Source: Fistulifera solaris
Lineage: Eukaryota
Direction of reading: 5' to 3'
Length of the DNA: 64,000 nucleotides
NCBI GenBank assembly: GCA_030295235.1
Contig: AP026152.1
Span: forward strand, 124,001-188,000
The notes beneath the pieces are model-generated. The model was not told the DNA's origin and searched no databases. It saw only the letters and a list, made by a program, of their open reading frames with translations. The position numbers and the translations under genes were made by a program. Shown piece by piece: positions 45,579 through 56,152 of this stretch (within the stretch, counting starts at the first letter, position 1; every line of letters starts with the position of its first letter).

Positions 45579-46342
45579 GTTTCCGCTTGTCTAGAAAGGG
45601 CATTATGAGATCAGAACATGGGGATTTTTGTTCAAATTACAAAAAAGAAGTAAAGCAGAGAAAGGCCATGGTCGACGCGAAAAAGCAAAAACATCATCCT
45701 GTCGAATTCTCGGCAGTTCTTCGTACAACGGACGAACGCTACACAATGACGTAGGTGTCGTGACTCATATTAAGCTAAGGTTAGTATGTACTACGTACGG
45801 AGTACGTAGTCTACGTCTACCAGCTACCAGGTCTTGTGTTTTGCGGTTTCAATTCGTGACTCGTGACAGTTGGTACTGTGTTTCGGGTTTTGGGTTTTGG
45901 AGTTAAGGTAAAAAGAAAAAAATTATAATTGACACTTCCTACCTGGTACAGTCACGCATACGGAAAAGATTTTGCCATCTGCCCAACGGTAAACCACGTT
46001 GCCTCCAAACGTGCAGCCTGGAAACTCCCAGTCTCTTTCGAACTAATAACCAGTCAATGATTTATGGCATCCCTTTTTCCTCGTATTCTCCACTTACGAG
46101 TTATGCCGGCCGGCGACCCGCAGTGATGTTATGTCTCAACGAGAAGTAGAGTTAAATCCTACTCAATTTTGCTTCTTTTGAAATCACAAACCAGAGACTC
46201 CCTCCATTGTTTTATTCGTTTGTTTTTGAATATCACAAAAACGGCGCATGAAATTGTTGCATTGCAAGAATAATTGCATGTTACACAAACAACGAATACT
46301 TCTTATCCTAAGCTCATTCTTCAATGACTTTACGCTGTTGTC

Positions 46343-48147
46343 ATGAAAGGACATCATTCAAAACAACCGACTGTAGAAGGGCCCCGAGTGCAAAATAATG
46401 ATGATGATTCTTCTTCCAACTCCGCGTATCGCGTGCACTTTTCCTGCGAAAACACGGGCCGCTACATTCGCAAATCGAAGCGACGAATACGATGGTGAGT
46501 TCCTTGCCTGCTGAAGTATTGCTGGTCGACAAGTGTCATTATCATCGTTTGCTTCCGAGTTTTCCGGCGGGAGGTTATTCACGTCTTGCAACGAAGTCAA
46601 TCGATTTCTTTTGAAATGCGTTTGGGTTTTACTTATGACTTTGATGGGAGCGGCCCGCGTAGCTGTTTTCTACTTAGTGTGTGCATCTGGATGTGTGATC
46701 TTTAAAGTAGTCTGGAGTATACCTTTTGCGTCACACTCGAGTCTCGCATGCATCATCGGATCCCGATCATCGCGTGCGAAAATAATGTTCTTTTATTTGT
46801 TGCTCTCGAAGTGTTGTTGTTATGCTGGCAACCGAAATCAGCCTTTTCGCAAAGCATCAATTTCTCTTCTGATATTGCTTTATTGACAGGGTATTCGGCT
46901 TTAGTCGAGAACACACCGCCAAAGAAGAACACGACATTGAGCTCATTTGGAGTTTCAAAAGTGGCAAAACACGGATCTTTTGGAACAAATGTAATATTTC
47001 GAGCATCATTCGAGAAGGTGGTGAAGCGGAGGTTGTCGAATTCACCTGGAAAACTAATGCCGGTGACACTCTCAAAGTGATTGCTCACGCTTCTCCCGGA
47101 GCCGTTCGGCAATATGATTTACTGGTGAATGGCGTTAGCTTCTTTGACCTCTCAACGCTCTCGGAGCTTGTTCGAAAGAGAAACGAAGAGGTCAAGGCAG
47201 CAATAGAAACAAGATGCGATAAGAATCCCGTGAGGCGCGTCGATTCATGTGGTTCCCTCGATAGCATCCTGTCGCTGGAATATCCGAACGAGATTCCGCC
47301 GTCTTCTAGCTTTCGATTGGCCATGGTAGGACTGCATTCCGGGGACATTGACGACGAACTACGATCCGAGTTGTATTCTTCATCACTCGATGAAGTTCGA
47401 TTGTCGGTTACCAGCTTTCTTCCGCAAACAGAGGATATGATATCCAGAGCAATTATGGAAGCATTTATCGGCGACGATGATACCGGTCATTCCTCGTCAT
47501 CATCGTTTCTATGTGTCCCCCGAGACGAAGATTGTTTTCCACTCGAAGTCAATGCTTTACATGAGACACTTGAATGGGTTCGCGCATTGAATAGAAAGGA
47601 TTTTAGGTGTCCGGAGGACCGCGAAGAAACGATATTGGCATTCTTGCAAAAGCAAATCACGAACACGATTCGCCAGATCCGCAATGAACAAACTACGTGT
47701 CATACTGCCATTCGTATCATTGTGGGAGTGGCGGCATTGCTGGATATTCCATTTGTCCGGCCGATGGTCCAAGATACAGTCATTTTGGAAGGAGACGTTC
47801 AACAAAGTGGTGAAGTACGAAAATTCCTATCACGTTTCGGCACTGTCGAACGCTTTTTCTTTTCCAGAAAAACTCCTGACGTAGCATGCTGTCGATTTGT
47901 GAATGAACTGTCGGTTGCGGCTCTTCTGCAGACAGCGCGTAACAAACAGTTACCCGAGGTCTTTTCTCGCATACGGTTCATAACGCTTTCTCAGTGTGCG
48001 ATATCCGAAAACGACGATAGTTCCTCCAATGACGATTCCGAAGTGATGATCAAACCGCATTTGCTATCACACGATCAACAAACAGCCTCCTCCACTTGTG
48101 CGTCGCCGCTCTCTCAATGCTCCCTTTATACCCTTCTCGAAGGATGA
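46343..48147 (+). CDS. Protein with N-terminal FAIM-like beta domain and C-terminal RRM-like region; intron 46495-46889
   Basis: Exon 1 MKGHH...YRVHFSCENTGRYIRKSKRRIR-TG|GTGAGT, acceptor GACAG|G. Exon 2 VFGFS...EEHDIELIWSFKSGK...RQYDLLVNGVSFFDL. Later VRKFLSRFGTVE...ACCRF (RRM-like). Confidence 0.75.
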
Positions 48148-48465
48148 CCTTTTCTACATATCTACATATTTCACAATTTTCTATAAGTTGTTTCTATAAG
48201 AAATTCATTGTATAAACTAAAACTAATTTTGCGGAATAAAATGATTTGTCAAATGAAATCATAGTTTCGTCCTAGCTAAAAACAGGTTCAGTCGTACCGT
48301 TAGTGGAAAGACTACGTAATTCAGTGCCGGTTTGAGAAGGCGCTCTCGCATATTTTTCGCGTCTCGCATTCATTTTCATGTTTTCTCAAAAATGCTTTCA
48401 AACAATATGAAGAAAGAATAAAGGCAACGCGTTATGACACACCTTCTTCGTAAATGTAAAGTATC

Positions 48466-49492
48466 ATGACGCAACATCAAACAAGAACGAAGGAATTCGA
48501 TTCACAGACCATTGAAATGTACGACAACTGTGATCCGTGGCTCAGCCGAGCGGCCCGCAAAATTCTTCGCCAGCATTTATCGCATTATCTGTCAGGCTCC
48601 GGTGACCATCAAGACACACCAGTATGGGATTATATCACTCAAATGACAGGGAACCACAATTTCAATGCTACACAAGATTGTCCTCTTCGTGGTGTAGATG
48701 TACTTCGACAACACGAAGAACAGTCTCGATCCATTCCTTCTCGTAAATTACCATCGGCTTATGCGTCGTCATATAGGATGAAAAAGAAACATTACTCGAA
48801 AGAAGGTGCTTCATGGTATCAATGTGGTCTGTGTCAAAAGCAGTTCTTGACGCGGTATTATTTGGATCGTCACCTGGAGGGGGAAGCATCGGGAAGAATT
48901 GTTACCACCCGAGACTGAATCATCACGACTCATCTGCCCGGCACAACATTGGTGTGAGTTCCTGGTCGACTGCTATGATGTAGCCGTCGACCGAGAACCG
49001 TATTATAGTGCCGGAAGTGGTGGTTGGAGTGACTACCATCGGCATTCTGTGGCTTCTTCAGTGCGGCAACGCATACCGCCCTGTCACGAGGAACGTTTAC
49101 AACAGCAACTGCGAGCTTGTCGCTCGATGGTCGATTCTTGTTTCTCGCACGATGTAGGATTACAAGAATATTTGCGGAGACTATTGTGTGCACCACAGAC
49201 GTGTCAAGATCGTTTGCATCGTATCCTTGTTCAATCTTCTCGGTCATCGTTTTTTGTGTTTCCTTGGCCGTCGCTGGACCATTGGAATAAGTATGGAATG
49301 TTCTACAGCCTGATTGTTGCACTTGCATTGCTTCTGGGGTCTGTTGTGGTGTATGGTGGCTTTTTCCGTCGTCGGTACGATCGACCACGGAGCCGTCTTC
49401 TGCACAAGGCAAGCCACCGAAAGAGTACGACGCGCACAAGCTATTTATTCGTTGATAAGAACGACAAACAAAGTAAACCGAAATCATCGTGA
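48466..49492 (+). CDS. Cys-rich C2H2 zinc-finger protein with C-terminal TM (frameshift near 48885)
   Basis: WYQCGLCQKQFLTRYYLDRHL, CPAQHWCEFLVDC, CRSMVDSCF, LCAPQTC, TM YSLIVALALLLGSVVVYGGFF, basic tail. Confidence 0.75.
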
Positions 49493-49609
49493 TGCACTCG
49501 CTAAATAGTACACAAATGGGCCCACTGTCGAGCGAATGTCATATCTTTTCGTAGAAGACAAAGTTTCTATTAATGCATACATATTGTTGATGAGTAGAAG
49601 TGAATAGTT

Positions 49610-50767
49610 CTATCGAGTCGCCGGTGACAGACCGATCCGTCTTCGACCAAAGTAAGCCAGGACCAGAACCGCCCAAACGCCTTGCAGTTTACGTGCACGT
49701 TCGGACTGAACCAAAGACTTCACGAGACTCTTCATCCCTTGACCGGAATTTCGAAAGTTTTCCAGACAAAAGAAGGAATGTCTTGAAAAGTACGAGTCGA
49801 CCGGAGATGATGGTCTCGCGTCCTGTAGTTGATGTCGCAACCATACAGCCAACAACGAACCGGTCAGGAAGGCCGTACCCGTCATGGAGAACGATGCATG
49901 AACGACGGTCCAGACAATGTCTCGTGCTCGTTTACTATACCGCAGTTGCGCCCACAGGAGTGCCGCCGCCGCCACACTCGTCATTTCCAAGCTCCGACTG
50001 GGGAAACGGTTGAGTAGGTCTTGTAACTGACGAGTCGCCACATCGCCTATAATTGATCCCAACAATTCCATGGGTGTCAAAGAAGATTGTGTTGTCGATG
50101 GATGCACGGGTGAGTTGCATTCTTCTGACACGACACTACTGTCATCGTCTTCATGTTCGCTGTGAAAATCCGAGAGCAACGTTACATTGACACTTTCGGG
50201 TTCGCTTTGCGACGATAGGACCGGGGAAAGGTCGGTTGGAATGATGTTGCGAAGCTTCTCAGGATCCTGTTTGTTATTCTTACGATTTCCGGAAAAATTA
50301 TCTTCCGCTAGCCATGCCTGAACACTGTGGGGAAGTAATTCTGTGAAACCACCGGGAGCTGTCAAAATTCGTTCCGCTACGTCCGGACTTTCATCCAACG
50401 CATACTCCCACAGTTGCACGCGTTGTTCGGACGTCGTCGGTAAGGCATACATGGCAAAATTGCCCAAACAAGCAGTCGCGCTGACGGCCAAGAGACCGTG
50501 TTGCGGATGAAACAAGGCCCTCAAAATGTCCTCCAAAACAATCTTTTGCAAATTTTGTTTCCAAAGAATGACGGGAAGACTGAATTATCCAGTGTTTGAA
50601 ATCATGAACCATGATAGCGCCAGCGAGACACAGGAGCAGTAGTTGAGTCGTCGTAAGGAGAGACAATTGTTGCAGATACGGGCCGAGCATGACCGCCACC
50701 ATCAACGCTACCGCCGCGGGTCCTCGCAACGGAATCGCCGATGATTGTGGTTTGATTCCTTTTTCAT
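49610..50767 (-). CDS. Hypothetical membrane protein (start uncertain, frameshifted near 50550)
   Basis: 313-aa ORF plus an overlapping upstream hydrophobic ORF, with several TM-like stretches. Confidence 0.6.
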
Positions 50768-51239
50768 TGTAATATTTCGTCAAGTGAGAAAATAAAAAAG
50801 GAAATGAAATATATAACAAAGATAAAGAAGATCTTATTGTGTTGCGTTATTTGAGTTTTGACATGCATTCGCATCATGGTGACGCGTTCAAAGGAGAGCG
50901 TCGCGAAAGGAACAACAGCATTAGAGGTGGGGGTAAGCCTCGTTGAGTCCCGAACATATTTTGAGTCCTGTGAAGTACAGTTCGTTCGATAGTACGACGG
51001 AGTCGTGTAAACGGATGAGGCCAATCCCCTTATTAGTAGTAGTGCGACATCGAGTATTGAGCAAAATGTAGGCAGATTTTTTTGCGCCGAAACGGATCTC
51101 GCGTAAAAAAGCTTCGCTCGTTGTTGCCACGCTCCCATCGTGCGCACACGCCTCGGCAGCAATCCTTTGCATTCTTGCATCGGTTGTTGTTTGTTATTGA
51201 TTGTTGGCTATCGTTAATTCATTGCTTCATTCAATCAAG

Positions 51240-53017
51240 ATGTCACTTCCCGTGTATCAGATTGATTTTACCGCCGCTGCTGCGGGGAAGCGTGTGGCGG
51301 CAACGAAACGTCGTGTGCGTTGGTACGTACGTTGGGGGGAGATGCATCGTATAAAGACGGAAGCGGCGGCTCTTTCTCGGTCGTTTTATCTATAGTTTCT
51401 TTCATAAATGTTTTTCATGTTTTCATTCATTCTTTCTGACTCATTCAATCCCTCGAATGGACACACAGGCGCTTCGGATTCCCCAACAAACAAGCTCTCG
51501 CGCAGGGACTCTCGGGCACGGACTGTCGCGGAGAAGAGCACGAGATTGTGGTCGTGTGGTCCGTGACCAGCGGAAAACGACAAATCATGTACGATGGCAA
51601 GGAAATTCATTATTCGGCGACTCGTACCAGTGTCATTGATCACACTTGGTCCGGAAAAGGCAATCACGTCATGAAAGTCGTGTGTCATGCCGCTCCCCCC
51701 ATGTCGGCCAATCCAGGCTTTCGTCAGTACGACATGTTCATTGATGGGCAGAGTTTCTTCTCCATGCCCAAAGTGTACGAGTTGGGTATCAAAGGAGGCA
51801 CTGCCGCTACGTCGTCGACAGCGGTGAGGGGGATATTCGTTGCCGCCGGCGATTCATGCTCCGCAAACTCCCGATGAGGAAGAGGCCGAGTTGCAGCGGG
51901 CCATTACGGCTTCGTTGCAAGAAACGAAACAGCATTTGAATCGGGCGGCTCCCGCTTCACCACCGGAAGTGGACTTGTTGGGAGGAAGCGGAGGCAACGA
52001 CTTTTTGCGGCTCCGCCAGCGGCGTCTCAGCCACCTGCACTGCCACACAGTGATGCTTCCGTCATGTCCTACACGTCGGCACCCACTCTGTACGCCCCGG
52101 CGCCGTATCCCGGAGCTCCTCCGCAGCAGCCACCGGCGTATCCCGGTGCACCCCCGCCGCCGCAGCCGTACAATCAGCCGTACACTTCGGCGCCGGTGCC
52201 GGGCCTGTTGGCGTTGCCCTCGACGCAACCGGGCAGTAGTTATCCTCCTCCTCCCAGTCCAGCGGTATCGGCTTACACGGCTCCGACGTACTTTGCTCCG
52301 GCTCCCGCACCCGTGTATGCGAGTAACGATTTCGCTCCCGTCTTGAATGGAGGAGCGGATGATCCGTTTGCGCCCAAGCCTCCCAGTCGCAATGACCTGG
52401 CGAGTGAAATTCTCAAGGGTTACAACGGTATGCCGCCCGCGAGTCCGGCAGGAATGTATCCTCCGGCGTCTCCGTATTCAAACGGTGGACCGCCGCCGGA
52501 ACCGGCAGCGGTAGAGACGCCGACCTTGTCGATGAACGGCTTGATTACGGCGGAAGACGACGATGCGAATCTTTCGGAATTAGAAAAGGCCATGCGAAAT
52601 TTAGTCAATGTCGATCGCATTGATGAACCGGCCGAACAAAAAATGAAACTGACCATGAAGCGTCAAGAGGAAGAAAAATCGAAGAAGAAGAGCAACAAGA
52701 GCGAGCCGTTGCCGCCAGCGGCACACCGCTTGGTGGGATCCCATGCCACGTTGGGACAAATCAGTACCGTCAAGCCAAAGAAGGAAATCAAGGAGGGTAT
52801 TATGAGCACTCCGCCGTGGGATCCGGCGGCCGCGCAAGCGGGCATGTTGGTGTTGCACGGACAATCCAACCAGGGCGGTCCCCCTCCTTTGGCTCCGCGT
52901 GGTTTTGGAGTCGTTCACGGACAGCAGCCGTACACGTATGGACAAATGGCCCCGCCTCCGCCTCAGCAACAACAACAACAATATTATGGAGGATACCAGC
53001 AGCCTCAGTATCGTTGA
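51240..53017 (+). CDS. FAIM-like domain + UIM + Pro/Tyr-rich protein (epsin-like adaptor architecture); intron 51323-51468; frameshifts near 51835 and 52005
   Basis: [10 protein letters not shown]...KRRVR-TG|GTACGT...CACAG|G-RFGF...[25 protein letters not shown]...[33 protein letters not shown], then VDLLG, DPF and a Pro-rich region. Confidence 0.8.
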
Positions 53018-53457
53018 AGGGACGAATGAAACATTTTAGGAAAATGAGTCGTCAGACGAGATATGTTATTGTTTGCTGTAGTGTAGACATTCTGTGGCAG
53101 ATTTCACAAACTTCTTATCAACGGAAAAGTAGCAGTCTTCTCTTGTTTGCTTTGTTTTGCTCTGCTTTCAAACCACTTATTCGTGGTGTTCTAGTCTCGC
53201 AATACCAGTACCTTAGCTCCATTTCCCATTATTTTCCCATTGATTGGGTACCGGTACGACTATGTTTTGCTCAAGTCTTTAATATTACTTGTCCGTTGAA
53301 AGCGCCGGGCTACATTCATCCGGTCCGTTCGCTCAACGTCCACAATGTCTCTTTTTCTTCTTATTATTGTAGTGCAATTGATTGCGATCATCTCTTCTTC
53401 GGATCGTTATTTGCAACCAATATTTTCTATTTTATTCATTCATTCCTCAGAAATAGC

Positions 53458-53877
53458 ATGTTCAGTGACAACACCAAAATCGGGACAGGCCTGCTCTTTA
53501 TGGGATGTTTGTTTCTGTTCTTGGGGTGTCTCTTTTTGTTTGATTCCGCAATGCTCGCGCTTGGAGACATTCTCTTCTTGACGGGTCTCACTTTAACGAT
53601 TGGAGTGTCACGGACGATTCGGTTCTTCAGTCGACCCGATCGGATGCAAGGCATTGTGGCATTCTTTGGTGGCGTCTTTTTAGTTCTAATGAGATGGCCT
53701 ATTTTCGGAATGATTTTGCAGTTCTATGGATTGGTGTATTTGTTTGGGCAGTTCTTTCCGATTGCGGCGCAATCGATGCGAGATACTCCGGTGATTGGGG
53801 AAATCTTCAAAATACCAGCCATTGAACGATTTTTTGCTTCCTTTGGTGGTTCGCAAAGTCGTAGAGCGCCGGTGTAA
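53458..53877 (+). CDS. GOT1: Got1/GOLT1 vesicle-transport membrane protein
   Basis: [12 protein letters not shown]...[21 protein letters not shown]...FF...FFGG..LVL.RWP..G.....YG...LFG.FFP. 139 aa with four TM segments. Confidence 0.92.
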   Translation: MFSDNTKIGTGLLFMGCLFLFLGCLFLFDSAMLALGDILFLTGLTLTIGVSRTIRFFSRPDRMQGIVAFFGGVFLVLMRWPIFGMILQFYGLVYLFGQFFPIAAQSMRDTPVIGEIFKIPAIERFFASFGGSQSRRAPV

Positions 53878-53912
53878 TATTGTGAGTGTGGGTTCAAGCA
53901 TAGAAAAAAACA

Positions 53913-55741
53913 TTAGTTACTCTGTATTAATCTATCAATCAAATCCGTTTTCGTTCCGGAAAGTTTCAAGCCGCGTTCTCGAAGCATTTCTTTCAAAACT
54001 GGCACAGTGCATTTGGAAAGGCTGTCCGAGTTCAGCGGAGTGGTTCGTGTCGTGGATGTAGACGTGGCAGGCGGTATTTCATCAAACACAGTCCCGGCCT
54101 TTTTCGGTCGTTCGTTCGAGAGCTCCGATTCCAACTGCGAGAAAAATTGAGACGAATCATCGTTGCTTCCGTCCAATTCCGCTTCCAAGGCCGCAAAAAG
54201 TCGTCGTCACCGTCTCGATTCTTCGTCTCATCGAATGTGGTATCCAAATCGTCCAACAACGAATCAAAAAAGAGACTATCTTCCGGTGATTCAATTGGTG
54301 TGGATCGCGCCCGCTTGTTGTTTAGAGACTTTTCTTCCTGCTGTTCGAGCAACGAATCGAAGAAACTACTGTCTTCCGTTGCATCTTGTGATACCTTGTC
54401 GGCATTTTTTAAATCCTTTTCAAATCATTCATTAAGGAAGCAAAAAGTCGTCTTCCTCTTTTCCGAAGCTGGGCTGGTGGCAGATGAAACAAAGGCACTC
54501 CAGTCCTCGTCCGCCTTTCGATTGTTACGTTCATTGCGGCGCTGTTGCCGTTGTGGTGGTTGCCGGCCCCATTGGCTGTCGACATCACCCATAGCCCATT
54601 CGGATGAATCGGATGATGATACGCCGGAACCCGCCGTCCAAGCCTGTTTCGAACCAGATGATTTTTGTTGTTGTTCTTGATACCAGTTCCAGTTACGATC
54701 GTTCGCTTGCTGTTCCGAAAGACTGCCACCGTCCCGGAACCGATCGGCGGTGCGGTCCTGACGTCGATTTCGTTGTTGTTGCGGACGGAGTTGTTGTCGC
54801 TGAAAATCGGGATTGCTGGCCGCATCAAACGAATCGCGGCCCCGTACCGGACCGTCCAAGTCGCGCTGCGTAATGGGCTGTGTGGGTCCCGACAAACCAC
54901 GCAGGGCCTCCAATTCGGTCAATTTGCGGACATCGGATGGATCCAGCCACTCTTCAAACATGGTACCGTACGTTAAAAAGCGAACCATAATTTTTCCATC
55001 TTTGAGTCGGCGGATCACGCCGTCTTCATTGAAGAATTTGTTCCGAGCCGTGACTTTCACCATGTCATTGACTTTGAGTCCAAGAAACGACTTGATGGCT
55101 TCCGTGTCGACTTGGGGAATGGATGGATCGTCCTCTCCATTGTCCAAAATCGCATCGTCAGTTTCGCCCACTCCTCCCAAACTATCTTCTTCGTCGACCC
55201 ATTCTTCAAGTCCAAAACTAGCAATCTCGTCATCATTCAACGCCAATGGCGACGGTGGAAGTTTTCGATATCCTTTATGATTCACGGTCCCCATCCACGA
55301 TCGACACAGATCCAGTGATTGAATGCGTTCGTACGTTTCTTTGCAGAGACGCAATTTGGCAAACACATAACCCAGATACTTGACCTTGTGCTCGGTCACC
55401 ATGCGTTTGGCCCCGTGCGATCGGGTCTTTTTCACGGTGGGTACAATGAACTTGACCACATCTTCCATGTTTCCGCACACTTCTCGACACTGATACAATA
55501 ATTCCATTTCCGATCCGGCCACACAATTCAGTAGATACCACATCGGTTCTTCATCTTCTTCAATTTCGAGACGTTCCCACAATCGATCACGTAGTTGTGT
55601 GTCGTGCATGCGGGGAGAGTTTGTTGTTGCTTTCGGCAGTTGTACGGATAGCGTCCTCGATAGAGGGCAAAAGGCGGAACTGAACGAGTGAAAGCATAGT
55701 AGGAGTGCCGTCGAACTGAAAAACCAAATCGGTCGTCTCAT
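53913..55741 (-). CDS. nusG: Plastid-targeted NusG-family transcription factor (NGN + KOW) with C-terminal SAP domain; homopolymer frameshifts near 54445 and 54195
   Basis: Presequence ending SSA|FCP. NGN WYLLNCVAGSE...FIVPT...KYLGYVFAKL. KOW LKVNDMVKVT...F..EDGVI...VRFLTYG. SAP LSKCTVPVLKEMLRERGLKLSGTKTDLIDRL. Confidence 0.85.
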
Positions 55742-56152
55742 TTTTGCGCTTCGTTTCGAGCGAAACTAACAACTACAGCAACGGCTAAGTAGCGAGTGTA
55801 TCGTTTGTGGGAGTCCTTTCTCGTTTTAGAATGATTCGTAGTTGTGATTCGATTATGACAACAACATGGTGAAGGTCAGCTTTTTGTTGATTGATGGCAA
55901 AACGCCGAAAGAAATTTCGTCAGTGGAGAGGAGCAGCGTCTGTCTGTCGATCCTGTAGTTACTGACAAACGGATAGTAAAAGGCCCTCTAATTATACAAG
56001 CGTTGTATACCAGTTTGTGTCCCGGTCCGACCAGCGCGCCAGGCGGTCTTCTCAGCGATCGTCGCCAAAAAGTCACGCGCGACACGACGATGTAAGATGT
56101 TATACAACAACAACAAGAATGTCGTCGTTTTAAGAGAGAAACAGCAACGACC

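Noticed and set aside
45886..45901. GGGTTTTGGGTTTTGG as a telomeric seed
   Set aside because: Only about two units, and it does not match a TTAGGG-type repeat.
52816..53457. N-terminal 214-aa extension of the 353-aa ORF containing Got1
   Set aside because: It overlaps the previous gene's 3' end and T-rich intergenic DNA. Got1 similarity starts at Met 53458.
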